A stretch of 62,704 bases of DNA, filler included, from Sanchytrium tribonematis (lineage: Eukaryota), in assembly GCA_018985235.1 (NCBI GenBank). It is 13 parts of 13 records of this genome, joined end to end, with 100 filler letters (N's around TTAATTAATTAA, not from the genome) between each part and the next. Parts side by side here need not be neighbours in the genome. Positions count along the whole stretch, not along the records: positions 19,536 to 24,282 come from JADGIG010000683.1; positions 24,383 to 29,128 come from JADGIG010000684.1; positions 29,229 to 33,960 come from JADGIG010000685.1; positions 34,061 to 38,782 come from JADGIG010000687.1; 9 more parts are not named here. One strand, written 5' to 3'. Below are positions 22,294 through 34,147 of the stretch, piece by piece; the first letter of the stretch is position 1; the number at the start of each line of letters is the position of its first letter. The notes beneath the pieces are model-generated. The model had not been told where the DNA came from and did no database searches. It saw only the letters and a list, made by a program, of their open reading frames with translations. The position numbers and the translations under genes are program-made.

Positions 22294-23388
22294 ATGAAGA
22301 TTGACAAAGAAAGATACGAAAGAGCCATACGGCGTGCCAAAATGGCAGTCCATCCAACTCGTTCAAAATGGAGTAGACTCCAATATTATCTCCATAATTT
22401 CGAATATTTGCAATTAGAAAATATTCACAGATATTCCGATTTGCCATTAAAACATGAATTCAATTATCAAAATCCATCCATCATGCCACTCAATTGGCAC
22501 AAATACACTCCATATGAATTATTAAAGCGATTTGCACAACAGCAAAGTCAAATTGGAGACGATGACGATGGAAAAGCAGTTTATTTGCGATTCAAATACT
22601 TTATGCATTACTGCGCAACAGATGCTATTTATGAGGACTGTCCACTATACATGTTTGATGAGCACTTCCGCAATAAATCATCAAAAACAACCAAAATTGG
22701 AGGAGATGTGCAAGTTGAAATATTAAATGACAACTCTAATTTACTCTCTGATGACGCAGGTATAGAGAATTGGGGTAGAATTAGCAAAGAATATGATGTC
22801 CCACATTTATTCAAACACGATTTCTTAGATTTAGTAGAAAATAGACCCCCAAATAAATGGATTGTTGTGGGTCCTGCTAGAAGTGGCACCACAATGCACC
22901 AGGACCCAGTAGGCACTGCTGCATGGAATATGCTATTACACGGTAGAAAGAGATGGGTTTTATTTCCTCCAGAAACACCCAAATCTCAAATTGAACCTTT
23001 TTATGTCAATGAGGCTGCAAAATGGTTTAAACAAATTTATCCTCAAATTAATCATAAAAACAAGATTGAATTTATTCAACATGCTGGTGAATGTGTCTAT
23101 ATTCCCAGTAAATGGCACCATGTCGTCATAAATTTAGATTTCACGATTGCCATTACTCATAATTTCTGTGTTTTTGATAATTTTGACACTGTTTATCGAC
23201 ATTGTAAATGGGAAAGACCCAAAATGGCATCTAAATTAAAGCAAAAAATAGAAAATAATGAAGATTTGAGTGAACTACTAGAATATTATAAAATCAATAC
23301 AAATGATTTAATAGAAATCATGAATATTGTGGATTATATGCCACAGCATGAATTATCTGAAGATCCGTCTTCCAGTGATGAGGATTAA
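22294..23388 (+). CDS. JMJD6: JmjC 2-oxoglutarate oxygenase, JMJD6-like
   Basis: DCPLYMFD, GPARSGTTMHQDP, GRKRWVLFPP and WHHVVINLDFTIAITHNF motifs. Confidence 0.88.
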   Translation: MKIDKERYERAIRRAKMAVHPTRSKWSRLQYYLHNFEYLQLENIHRYSDLPLKHEFNYQNPSIMPLNWHKYTPYELLKRFAQQQSQIGDDDDGKAVYLRFKYFMHYCATDAIYEDCPLYMFDEHFRNKSSKTTKIGGDVQVEILNDNSNLLSDDAGIENWGRISKEYDVPHLFKHDFLDLVENRPPNKWIVVGPARSGTTMHQDPVGTAAWNMLLHGRKRWVLFPPETPKSQIEPFYVNEAAKWFKQIYPQINHKNKIEFIQHAGECVYIPSKWHHVVINLDFTIAITHNFCVFDNFDTVYRHCKWERPKMASKLKQKIENNEDLSELLEYYKINTNDLIEIMNIVDYMPQHELSEDPSSSDED

Positions 23389-23458
23389 TAAATAGTGACT
23401 TTTTGCTATTGGTCAATTCTATAAAAATATTGGCCCAAACAAAATTACCCATTTTCAA

Positions 23459-24282
23459 ATGTACGCGCTACTTGTCTCTATTCTGATGTCTGTCTCTCAA
23501 GACTGTTCTATAGTCATCCAACTAGCTCTAGATATGGAAATCAAGTATGCAAATACCGACTATTTCATCCAATATGAGCAAGATTGTTGTTTGGGAGTCG
23601 GAGTAGTTTGTGAAAATAACATGGTGACGGAGATCCATTGGGGATTCCCAGTAGATTACATCAAGAATTCACTGCCAATTGTCTCTTTCCCTCCTAACTT
23701 GCGCGTATTAGACTTGTCAAACAACAAAAAATCCATGATTATCAAAGAATTACCAAATTCGTTGAAAATATTGGATCTCAACTATGCTGAAAGCATCAGA
23801 GTTGAATTGAAGCAGATTCCAAATTTGACAGTATTTCGATTAAAGATCTATGACTTGGAAAATGTGGCTATATTACCAAGATTACCAAATTCTTTGCAAG
23901 AATTGCACATCAATTATTTTGGTGATGAGTATTTGCCTTTAAACCCAGTAAATTTGACCAATATCCACTTGGAATGTGATTATTATGCAGTGAAACCATT
24001 AACTCCATTTCCAAAATTAACAGAATCCATTGAATATATCAATTTTGAAGACTGTAAATTTTATGGTCCTATTTCTATTGATTTTAAAAGTATTAGGGAA
24101 ATTGATTTATATGACAATCATCTAACATGAAATTTGACCATTTCTTCTCCAAATATCACCTTTTTGTTTATAACTTCAAACGAATTCAGTCGAATTTTTG
24201 TAAAACATCCTGAAAAACTCACTTATTGCGACATATCATTCAATATTTTTGAGCCAGACAATGAAATCGAACTCCAAAAATT
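23459..24282 (+). pseudogene. LRR family gene with an in-frame TGA (24128-24130), 3'-truncated
   Basis: Same DC..CC..VVC cap as other LRR genes; LYDNHLT*NLTIS where Gly (GGA) is expected. Confidence 0.7.
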
Positions 24283-24589
24283 NNNNNNNNNNNNNNNNNN
24301 NNNNNNNNNNNNNNNNNNNNNNNNNNTTAATTAATTAANNNNNNNNNNNNNNNNNNNNNNNNNNNNNNNNNNNNNNNNNNNNATTATGAAATATGGGGGA
24401 CAATTGAGTTTAAATAGACCACGCGTGCAATTATTTACACATTCTAATTCATATGGGGTGAATTTGATGGAATGTTTACAGGGGAATTGGCAATATGAAT
24501 TACATAAAGAAATGGGATTTAATAGAGAAATTAAAGAGAAATATGGGATATAGACTATATAATAAAATTGATTTTATTTAATTGATGCG

Positions 24590-24740
24590 TTTATTAATAA
24601 AACTGTGCCAATATAAACATCTCCTACTATTATTGGCATGTTATTAAATCTGATTTGACACCACCATTCTTAAATAGATATTGCTGAACAGATCTTGTCA
24701 TGGCACCAGGACCTGTCCAATTTACAATCTCATTTCAAAA
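24590..24740 (-). pseudogene. Relic of a GT32 / OCH1-like mannosyltransferase
   Basis: NEIVNWTGPGAMTRSVQQYL, then frameshifted PIIVGDVYI; no upstream frame. Confidence 0.5.
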
Positions 24741-24759
24741 TTGTATTCAGAAAAACTAT

Positions 24760-25610
24760 TTATTTCATTAAATTTTTTTGGAGACTTTCGATTTTACATC
24801 TGACGATGAAATTTTGAGCTTTGAATTCTACTGGTTCCATATTTAACTTACCCATTTCATCAAAAGTGATTATGCCATTACCCTTGATATACTCAAAAGG
24901 TTCTTCGATAGTATCTACGTTTGCTTTTATTTCACTTACAAGAAAGTTGCTGTATTCAATTTCCTTCAAGAAATCGGGATTATTATTATCATTCCGATTT
25001 GTAGATGGCCATTCTCCAAATGTCAATTGATAAGTATCTTTAGCTATATATTGGCCATGTATTGCTGCTTCAAAGAAATTTTGAGCTTTAAACTTCTTTT
25101 TAATGTTATATTCCGAATAAAATGTTAGTCTTAATATATTTCTCTCTCTTGTATCAGCTCGGTAGATTGGTCGAATATATTTTTTCATGAAAGAAGATTT
25201 AGGTTTACATCTTAGTTGAAAATTGAATGGAAAATTGAATAACATGTGAAACCATTAAAGTCTAATGCTAAAGATTTAGGACCATTCGAATTTTTAGAAT
25301 AAAAAATAGTCCTACCCTGTTCGTCCAATGTCGTCCAGACATAATGCTTTTCATTTACTTCTTCATTTGTAAAATAATTATTTCCGCTCTGGCGATGATG
25401 TTTGTACCATAATGGTTTACCACCTATATCATTTGGCGAACCACCCAAAATAAACTGCAGATTAATATTTTCCCTAGCTAGGTTTCCCTTTCTTTCACAA
25501 ACTAAATTCATTTGCGGAATACTTTGCTCGAGATCGGTGATTTTTTTAGTCAAAACTGGAGGTAGATCACTAATGCTTACACACAATACATTGGTTACTA
25601 GAAGAAACAT
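24760..25610 (-). pseudogene. Secreted-type unknown gene split by a frameshift near 25245
   Basis: MFLLVTNVLCVS start; two overlapping ORFs; no GT-AG intron of the required phase found. Confidence 0.5.
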
Positions 25611-25992
25611 CAAATGGAACGTTTTGGGACATCTCCCTGCTGTAGTGAATTGCAATTTGACTGTGTAACAAGGCAGCGAATCAAATTTATTGTACAAACC
25701 CCTTATGAGTACATAGAAATACAGACTTTAAAGTAGCACAATTCACATTATTCAATTAAGTATAATTTGCCAGTTTGGTACAGAGGTCGAATATCAGCTT
25801 ACAATTTGGAACATTCGCAACCAAATTCAATTGATTGGTCAAATTCACGTGTTTCCATCTCAATCTCCACTAGTTCATCTCCAATTGTAAAGCACAAAGA
25901 TGTGAACAGTAGATCCTTCTGAGTATTGATGATCAAACGGTTTGCTGAGTGTTTTCCTATATTAAATCTATTTTAAATATAATTTATTGTTC

Positions 25993-26382
25993 TTATACTC
26001 GAGTGTGACCGGCTCTAGGACCATGAGAATGCTTATTAGATCTATGGAATCTAGACAATACATATAAAAATGAAGCAACTAAATGTAAGACACCAGCAGC
26101 GACGTATAATCCCATAACTGGATTGACAGTGAAGATGCCCAACAACAGAAACACGAGACCACTAATAAAATACCATACACCTCTTAAGATGGGATGTTTT
26201 AGTAAACCCACTCTGAACATTGGGACTTCCATGATTAAACATAAAGCACCGAGAATAATGCCGACGACTCCGTAATGTGTTGGATAATGATAGACGAATG
26301 CGATAATGGCACCAATGACACCTAATAAACCTCCTAATGCTGCTACGATGTATGCGTAATGTGGACTTGCTGCTCCTAACAT
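25993..26382 (-). CDS. 4-TM protein, Tvp18/COPI-associated-like
   Basis: Four TMs with LIMEVP and LRGVWYF; paralog of 42286-42708. Confidence 0.7.
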   Translation of the reverse strand: MLGAASPHYAYIVAALGGLLGVIGAIIAFVYHYPTHYGVVGIILGALCLIMEVPMFRVGLLKHPILRGVWYFISGLVFLLLGIFTVNPVMGLYVAAGVLHLVASFLYVLSRFHRSNKHSHGPRAGHTRV

Positions 26383-26823
26383 GATATAAATGAAAGGAAA
26401 GAGCCGCTTTTTGTAGTTGATTTTAGACCAAATGCGGTAAAGGGGGCGATTTTTAAAGGTCTAAATCGACCAATTTGCTACGAAACATGGCGAAAAGTAC
26501 CGCCTGCGTTAGGGCTATATTTTAAATCGTGTAGATTTATTTTTAAATCACGTGTGTCAAATCATGGAAAGAAAATTGGATTTTGTGTAGAGTGTGACAA
26601 ATCTTGCGTCGTCAATGTTAGAACTGGACGCAATCAGCCAACAATCGCAATTAATTGCGCATTAAAAGGTCATGCATAAGCACATCCATTCAAATCCAAT
26701 CACATTTTAATAAAATCACGAATATCACGTCATTCTATCACACTCAAGTCAAAATGAGATCATATTTGACACTGAAATGGCATCACAGTGAGTATTAAAG
26801 TCAATCTGATCCATTTCTGCTAA

Positions 26824-27900
26824 ATGATTCATCTTCAAATTGTATTTTCTGCTTTAACAGCTTTCCAATCCATTCAATCTGCAGCAACAACAGCATTTGT
26901 AAATCATCCGCTTCATAGAATCCCTCCACCCATCAAATCAAGACGTGTAAGATGCCACGACTTGGACTGCAAATTAGTGACAAAACCTGCTCAAACTTGG
27001 GGACCTTCACGAGTCTCACATCGAGATCTCAATTTAGCGAATCAAGATATATATACCTACCCTGAAGAAGCTGGTGAGGGCACAGTTGTATATACGTTAG
27101 ATAGTGGATTTAATCCTGGAATAGATGATTATGAATATCCAGTAGAAGCCTATGATTTTACAGAATCATCTCCATTTGATCATCAGGGCCATGGCACCTA
27201 TGTAGCAGCCATTATAGCGGGTAAGAATCACGGTGTGGCTCCAAAAGCAAGATTAAAATCATTAAAAGTGATAGGCGGAAAACAAAAGAATAATGAAATT
27301 AAAGCTCTTCAATTTATTTTAAAGGACATGAAAGAGCATAAAATGAAAGTAGTCATCAATATGTCCATTGGCTATGATTATTTACCAGATGAACCAAACG
27401 ACGAACCAGAAAATACTGTAGAAGCAAAAGCACCTAAAGAGCCAAAAGAGCCCATTAATTTTAAAGGTATGGTGGATCTGCTAAATCAATTGGTTGATTT
27501 GGGTGCTGTAGTAGTCAAAGCGGCTGGAAATGAGAATGTATTGGCATATTCTCGTGAATCTGCTGATCAAATCAACGCAATGGAGAATGTTCTGGTTGTT
27601 GGATCCATTGATCAAGATAATACGGTCAGTTCATTCTCAAATTATGGTCCAAAAGTAGCATTATTTGCACCTGGTGGGTACCACACATTCAAAGACGGAT
27701 TATTTAATGTCATAAAACGAACCAGTGGCACTTCATTTGCTGCTCCATATGTCAGTGGGATAGCTGCATTGTATTTTAGTATTGGCAAGGAGGGCGTTAG
27801 AGAAGAAATATTAAGAAATGCTCATATGGATATAATTAAAGGTGAATTAAAAGAAAGTCCAAATAGACTCGCAAATAATACACCCAGGGATTATCAATAA
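26824..27900 (+). CDS. Secreted subtilisin (S8A, proteinase K-like)
   Basis: Catalytic D (TLDSG), H (GHGTYVA) and S (GTSFAAP); oxyanion AAGN. Confidence 0.93.
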   Translation: MIHLQIVFSALTAFQSIQSAATTAFVNHPLHRIPPPIKSRRVRCHDLDCKLVTKPAQTWGPSRVSHRDLNLANQDIYTYPEEAGEGTVVYTLDSGFNPGIDDYEYPVEAYDFTESSPFDHQGHGTYVAAIIAGKNHGVAPKARLKSLKVIGGKQKNNEIKALQFILKDMKEHKMKVVINMSIGYDYLPDEPNDEPENTVEAKAPKEPKEPINFKGMVDLLNQLVDLGAVVVKAAGNENVLAYSRESADQINAMENVLVVGSIDQDNTVSSFSNYGPKVALFAPGGYHTFKDGLFNVIKRTSGTSFAAPYVSGIAALYFSIGKEGVREEILRNAHMDIIKGELKESPNRLANNTPRDYQ

Positions 27901-27913
27901 ATATAAATTGTAT

Positions 27914-28690
27914 TTATTGACTAAGTTGAGCATGTACACGGCTATAAATATCCTGTAAATGCTCTACATATTGTTTCGTGCATTGATATTTGTGTTGCAA
28001 ATCTGTTTGATCTTTTAATTTGGATTGATAAAACATGATGAATGAGAGATGGTAGTCGCATTTTATAATAGACTTGTGTCTAAAAGTGTTCAATTTGCAC
28101 CAATCATAGCGTGTTTGAGTGTCATTTTCTAAACTCCTTGAACACAATGGGATACAGATCATTCACTTTGGAATAGAATATATTCGGGCATCAAGTAGCA
28201 GAATTTCATTTACTCAATTGCAAAAATGGTTGCTCAATCCAGGCAGCAAATTTAATAGAATTGGAAGCGCCAATTTTGAAACTTCAATGGAGACAACGAC
28301 GAGACCGAGGGTCTTTAACATACGGGCAATTACAGCGAGCAATAAATAGGCTTCAACAGTTGAAAAACTATGACCTGTTCTTTTCCATAAATGAGACATT
28401 TTACAAGTAGTTAGAAGCTGTTGACAATTGGTCGAGCAATTATCATGGCATAATCTGCATGTTATGGTTTTACGCACTATAGGGTAGCTAAATAATGTAT
28501 CTGAACATCTCCTTAATATATCGCTACCCTCAACATTCTTTTCATAACATTCCATGATTTCGCGAGATTCAGATAATATAAGACCCATACAATGAGTGCT
28601 ATAGAAGTCGGACATTTGCGTCAAACACAGATGTAGTGGTTTGATGTCGGAATATGCAAACGTGTAAAATAAAAGTATCATCCCTTTCAA
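27914..28690 (-). pseudogene. Disrupted Cys-rich secreted-type gene
   Basis: Two same-frame ORFs separated by two TGA codons; a Cys-rich alternative frame suggests further frameshifts. Confidence 0.4.
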
Positions 28691-28836
28691 CAGTTTAACT
28701 TTGTGTTACAACCAATATGAGATATTCTAAATTGATAGATGAAAGGACTCAGGTCTATTGATAATATCATAGACTCGTATTTCAACTCATAGTTTGACTT
28801 ACACGTCATCTCTATTCCAATTTCACTAAAATTCCA

Positions 28837-29128
28837 ATGAGACACGGAGATCCGCTCGAATTTGCGATTGCAAATTTACTCAAACAATTATCATCCAAGC
28901 TAACTCATATAGATCCACATGCACTAGATATATTATCACAATTATTTACCAGATATTTGCTGGAATTAGCAGAGAATATTGCATTAAATGCAACTATGGC
29001 GCATCGAAATAGTCCGGATATGCTAGATATACGCAAAACATTAAATGATTATACGACAGTGGTATCTCTAATCCAACATTTTCATGCGACATTGGTATTT
29101 CCACGAATTAATTTGAAAAGATCCAACA
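28837..29128 (+). CDS. Histone-fold (Bromo_TP) TAF8/TAF3-like protein, 3'-truncated
   Basis: ALDILSQLFTRYLLELA...AHRNSPDMLDI. Confidence 0.8.
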
Positions 29129-29228
29129 NNNNNNNNNNNNNNNNNNNNNNNNNNNNNNNNNNNNNNNNNNNNTTAATTAATTAANNNNNNNNNNNNNNNN
29201 NNNNNNNNNNNNNNNNNNNNNNNNNNNN

Positions 29229-29404
29229 GCCCCAGAGTCTACCATGTTGATTGCAAGTCGCTCATGACAAATTACTGTATCGTCCGTTATAATGCACCCA
29301 CTCCAATCTGGACCTCTGTGTCTGATAGATTTGCTAGATTGCAATGCTTGTTGTCTGAATTGTTGCGCATTTTGCAATTGAAAAGCTCCGAAGATACCAC
29401 ACAT
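29229..29404 (-). CDS. ASN1: Asparagine synthetase (glutamine-hydrolysing), N-terminal fragment
   Basis: MCGIF, IRHRGPDWSG and HERLAI motifs. Confidence 0.93.
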
Positions 29405-29649
29405 GATTCAAAGGAGCTTGAAATCATGCATTTCAATTGCACAATATTGTATTTATCAAACGCAATGATAACGAAAACATGTTGGCCGTTATAGCTGGAT
29501 TTTACAAACAATACAGTAGTGTAATTTTATGGAAAGAAATTTAATAATTTAATAATGTAATAATTTGCCAGATATTCTTGTCCCTTACGATATTAGTATT
29601 TTTTGCAAAAAATGTTGAAAGAACCACATTCGAAATTTATTTTTTGGAA

Positions 29650-30624
29650 TTATAACTTTGCATTTACTAAAGGATTCAACCTTGTAAAAAAAGGTTCGTC
29701 AAGTTTGACGGTCTGCACTGGATCTGTTTCTTGAACAAGTCGTAAAACTTCGAATGCGCTTCCATAGCTAGTCTGCCACCCACTGATTCCATGCCCATAA
29801 TTATAAATAATATTTCCCTCTCTTTCAATACGAACCGTCGTTCTACCTGGTCTAAGACCAACTTGATGACTTAGGACTTTGTCAAACTCAATTCCAAACA
29901 GCGATTTGCAATTTTTTATAATTCGGTTTGCGATTTTCTGGCTAACATTTGTATTCCAAGAATTAGGGGTAAATGTACCTCCTAAAATTACGGTGCCGTC
30001 CCCTCTTGGAATCACATAATATGGATTATCGTGCTTCATTGTAAAATATGAGGTTCTAATGTATGGAGCGTCAACAAGGACTGTTTGACCACGTATTGGG
30101 AACACATGAGGATCTTTAAATAGTATAGCTGATCCAAGTCCTGTACACATAATGATTAAATCATCTGAATGTTCTTCTTGAAAATCTTTAAAATTTTCAA
30201 TTTTGTATTTTTTGAAGATGATGCCTCTTGATTTCAATAAATTGCGTAAGTAATCAAGATGCAAAGGAACATTGATAATAAACTGCTTGTATTTGATGCC
30301 TAATTTGCCATTCTTTTGTTCTAAAAAAGTATATGGCATCCAACCAGTACTAAAATCAGAATCATGATATTCTATACCATCTGCATATTGAATTCCCACA
30401 TTTAAATCGACAAATTGATCAAAAATGTGAAAAGTATCCTTTTCCAGTTGTCTCAATAATCCATCTGTCTCTGAAACAGGTCTAAAATGCGCACCAGCCT
30501 TATCTGAGGCGTATAGGCTTTTTGGATCGTGATATATTTCAACATCATATCCTCTACTATGTAATACTACTGCTGTTGTAAGGCCGACAATACCACTACC
30601 AACAATGATAATCTTATGCTCCAT
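29650..30624 (-). CDS. DAO1: D-amino-acid oxidase, peroxisomal
   Basis: GSGIVG FAD motif, PIRGQ, VGLRPGR, YNYGHG, and C-terminal PTS1 AKL. Confidence 0.92.
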   Translation of the reverse strand: MEHKIIIVGSGIVGLTTAVVLHSRGYDVEIYHDPKSLYASDKAGAHFRPVSETDGLLRQLEKDTFHIFDQFVDLNVGIQYADGIEYHDSDFSTGWMPYTFLEQKNGKLGIKYKQFIINVPLHLDYLRNLLKSRGIIFKKYKIENFKDFQEEHSDDLIIMCTGLGSAILFKDPHVFPIRGQTVLVDAPYIRTSYFTMKHDNPYYVIPRGDGTVILGGTFTPNSWNTNVSQKIANRIIKNCKSLFGIEFDKVLSHQVGLRPGRTTVRIEREGNIIYNYGHGISGWQTSYGSAFEVLRLVQETDPVQTVKLDEPFFTRLNPLVNAKL

Positions 30625-30684
30625 GTCGCAAAATTTATAAAATCCTTGGTAAAAATTTACTGTAAAAAATATTAATTTCCTAAA

Positions 30685-32244
30685 TTAGTGTTGCAATTTG
30701 TTGACTATTATATTATTAAAAAAGTCAAATTTGTTACCGTCACTACTAATTTCATAAATTTCATTCTCTAATGATTTAGCCAAAAGATTTCCGCTATCAG
30801 ATATGTCAAAAATAGTCAATAATTTGGACTTATATGTGATTTTCTGACCAGAATGCGCCCATAATGTTTTGTATCTGGATTTGATGGCATTTGATACGAT
30901 GTCTGCGGATTCTGAATGATTCTTCAACATGATTTGTAACTTATCTATTACAGTTGACAAAAGTTGAACATAATCGATATTTGCAATATCCTGAAGACAT
31001 CCGTTTGGTATTTGATTAAATACATTAATCCCAAAACCGATAAATATTTGATATTTCTTATTTTTGTGATTATATTGAGTAGAAACTAAAATACCTGCTA
31101 TTTTCTGCTTCCCGGAAATATTCACAATGTCATTGGGCCACTTAATCCTAATTCTGTCTTTAAATTGCATGTTTAATTCGATTATTGATTCCATTATGGC
31201 AATTGAGACTATAATTTGCAAAAAAGGTAATTTTTGAATTTCTATGGCTAATTCTGTAAAAAAAGTAGCTTGAATGCAACCAGTACTGGAAACCCATTCA
31301 TTCAAGCTTCTTCCCTTGCCCTTGGTTTGATTAATTGCAAGCATCAGCGTTGGGCGGTTCAATTTTAAATTCATAAGGTAATCTTGCGTAGAACCAACGA
31401 CTGGCGCAAATATAAAGTCGTAAGACTCGTTAATTAAACGCTTCAGGTTGAATTTATAGTTTTCAATATCAAAAATATGTTTTTGGGTATATTCTGCAAA
31501 AGGTAGACCTTTCTCGAACTGATAGACTTTATCATTTTCTTGAAAATTAACTTTTTGAGGAAGATTTAGTACTTCATTAAGAATGTGACCATTTAGAATT
31601 AGTCGCGAATCGCTAGTCTTTTCAAGCAAAAGATCTAGCCTTTTATCTTCGTGATATTCATATTCTAAATGAACACCACTAAGAATTGCCATCCCTTTAC
31701 CAATAATTCGTTTTAATATGCACAATTCCCCATTTTCGTATCTTGCGATCCCCTCTGAAGATTCTAAATTATTTGGTATAAACATTGGTCCGCCATTATA
31801 GTAGGCTTTCGTCACTAACTGGAGCTTCTCACAATTGACCGGAACAATACACGCACCAATTTCGCTATCGTATTTGAAGTTTGGGTAAATAGACCCTTTT
31901 GCTATTCCATTAAAAAAACCGAGCGGTCGTTTGCCTATTACTTGAATTGGTGTGTTTAATTCAAACTCGACATATTTTGAGGCATAATAAGCACCAGCGC
32001 ATATTCCCAAATAGCGACCACCTTTACTGACGTAGTCGAGCACCAACTTACTGTCAATCATTTCACAATATGGTAGATCTCTTCCTCCAGGAACAACCAA
32101 CAAAGCACAATGCTTTAAAAGATGTAAGTCTTTGTGGGTTATAGCTTCAACCTGAAGGTAAGTAAATTTCTTGATCCATTTCATTACGTTCACAACACTT
32201 GCTGTACTAGTACCAACATCCGAATAAACAAAAATTCTTTGCAT
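30685..32244 (-). CDS. BPL1: Biotin-protein ligase with fungal-type N-terminal GATase-like domain
   Basis: PGGRDLPY and YLGICAGAYY (BPL_N); STQ, QTKGKGR, IKWPND and KIAGIL (catalytic). Confidence 0.93.
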   Translation of the reverse strand: MQRIFVYSDVGTSTASVVNVMKWIKKFTYLQVEAITHKDLHLLKHCALLVVPGGRDLPYCEMIDSKLVLDYVSKGGRYLGICAGAYYASKYVEFELNTPIQVIGKRPLGFFNGIAKGSIYPNFKYDSEIGACIVPVNCEKLQLVTKAYYNGGPMFIPNNLESSEGIARYENGELCILKRIIGKGMAILSGVHLEYEYHEDKRLDLLLEKTSDSRLILNGHILNEVLNLPQKVNFQENDKVYQFEKGLPFAEYTQKHIFDIENYKFNLKRLINESYDFIFAPVVGSTQDYLMNLKLNRPTLMLAINQTKGKGRSLNEWVSSTGCIQATFFTELAIEIQKLPFLQIIVSIAIMESIIELNMQFKDRIRIKWPNDIVNISGKQKIAGILVSTQYNHKNKKYQIFIGFGINVFNQIPNGCLQDIANIDYVQLLSTVIDKLQIMLKNHSESADIVSNAIKSRYKTLWAHSGQKITYKSKLLTIFDISDSGNLLAKSLENEIYEISSDGNKFDFFNNIIVNKLQH

Positions 32245-32388
32245 TGGAAGACAATTGTTGTTTCAAGGCGCATGGTTTCTAATTTCCCTCAAATTATTGC
32301 AAATCAAAATGGAGAGGAAGAATTTGAATTTGCCGGGTTTACAACCAAAGATAAATAAATTTGAGCTTAAATTTTATAGCAAATCTCC

Positions 32389-33960
32389 ATGTATCAACTG
32401 GTTCAAAATTATCTTTCAAAATTATTTAGCAACTTAAATTCAAATACCAATACGGCATTTTATGTATTGTTTTATGACGATTATACTTCAAGAATACTTA
32501 ATATTTTCACAATTAAGCAATTGCGAGACTACAACATCGTGGATATCAAGCACGTCAACCAAATGGATTATTCCGAAAAGATCGTGGACCTGACAGCAAT
32601 TTTTTATCTCAGCAATACCAATGTCAGCCTTTTCGTAAGCAATTTGAACAATTATACAAAATCAGTCTTGCTTGTCCATTATACCCTCAATAATATCGAA
32701 GCATTTGCTGATCAATTAAGTAGATCACCTACAGATAATATTTTACTTATATATGATACGTACACGCATTATATTGTCTATGATTCATTTGGAATAAGTG
32801 CGCCTCCCATCAAGCAAAATTGTATGACACTTTTACCTCCAACTCTTTCTATGGATCGACAACTATTAACATCTAGCATACAAACATTGAGCAGTATGTA
32901 CATGACAATGTCTACCGTACCTTTGATTTATTATTCGCACCATGACGCAAATTGTGGCTACATCGCCAATGAATTGAATGAACAATTTATGTCTTGGAAT
33001 CAGGAATTTGCGCACAGTAAGCAATCTTTATCAAAAAATTACTATGACCAATTCCAATTATATAGCGGATATGGAGGAATTCGCCCGATGCTATTAATTG
33101 TCAATAGAAGCTCAGATTTGTTGCCTTTTTTAATGCACAGTTGGTCATACAATGTATTAATTCACGATTTATTAAAAATGAACCAAAACCAGATATTACT
33201 TGGACAAACTATTAAGACTTCCGGAATACCCTCAACTGTTGATATAGATCCTTTGGATTTAATTTGGAGTCAGCACGCAAATGAGGCATTTCCTATTGTT
33301 GCAGAGCATATTGATAAACAACTTCAACAGTACAAGCAGAAAGCTCAAGACATAATGGCTTATGCTGGTGTTAATAATATGAACGATTTAGACCAATTTA
33401 ATCAAATGACAAGTACTGCACAAATTAAAACTGTACTGACCCAACTCCCAGAATTGACTCAAACTAAGCATATTCTGGACAATCATATGCACGTCGCGAC
33501 TGGTTTGCTTAGTTTGATGCAGGAGGTTCAATTGGATAAAGTCTTTGAATTCGAGGAAGGAATCATGAAATTCACGATAAATGACATTTTAGATATATTG
33601 CAAGGCAAGAAAAATAATGAAAAAATGAGAAACACGGACAGAGTGAGAATTGCTTTACTATGGTATTTGATAAAACATACAAACGAGAAAGAACTAATGG
33701 CAGAATTTGAGAAATTGGGACTTGGATCAGGTTGTTTAGATTTTCTTCAAAACTCTAAGAAACAGCAATTTTCTACACAACAATCCAGTAATCTATCACA
33801 TAGCCCTAGTGTTAGTGCGGATCTTTTGGGAAGATTTTCGAGTTTTGGTTCCAAAATTAGTGAGAATTTAAACACTTCCACTCTAAATAATATTATTGAT
33901 AGAGTTAAAAATTTAATGCCTTTTGATACAACCTCGCAGGTGGTAAAACTGACAGAACAA
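32389..33960 (+). CDS. SLY1: Sec1/Munc18 family protein Sly1, 3'-truncated
   Basis: RPMLLIVNR..DL...HSWSYNVLIHDLL, FPIVAEHI and LPELTQTKHILDNHMHVATGL. Confidence 0.88.
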
Positions 33961-34147
33961 NNNNNNNNNNNNNNNNNNNNNNNNNNNNNNNNNNNNNNNN
34001 NNNNTTAATTAATTAANNNNNNNNNNNNNNNNNNNNNNNNNNNNNNNNNNNNNNNNNNNNCAAAAGCGCATCCTTCTTTTTGTCAAGCACAAGCAGATGC
34101 GACAGTGGTGAATTTTGAAGAGATTCCAATGCAATCTAAATTATGGT

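Noticed and set aside
25212..25260. Intron joining ORFs 25212-25697 and 24760-25245
   Set aside because: Available GT-AG pairs (33 and 42 nt) have the wrong phase; treated as a frameshift.
29095..29120. Possible 26-nt intron in the TAF-like gene
   Set aside because: The contig ends 8 nt later, so it cannot be tested.
29229..33960. ASN-DAO-BPL1-SLY1 as a metabolic gene cluster
   Set aside because: Unrelated housekeeping functions; proximity reflects genome compaction.
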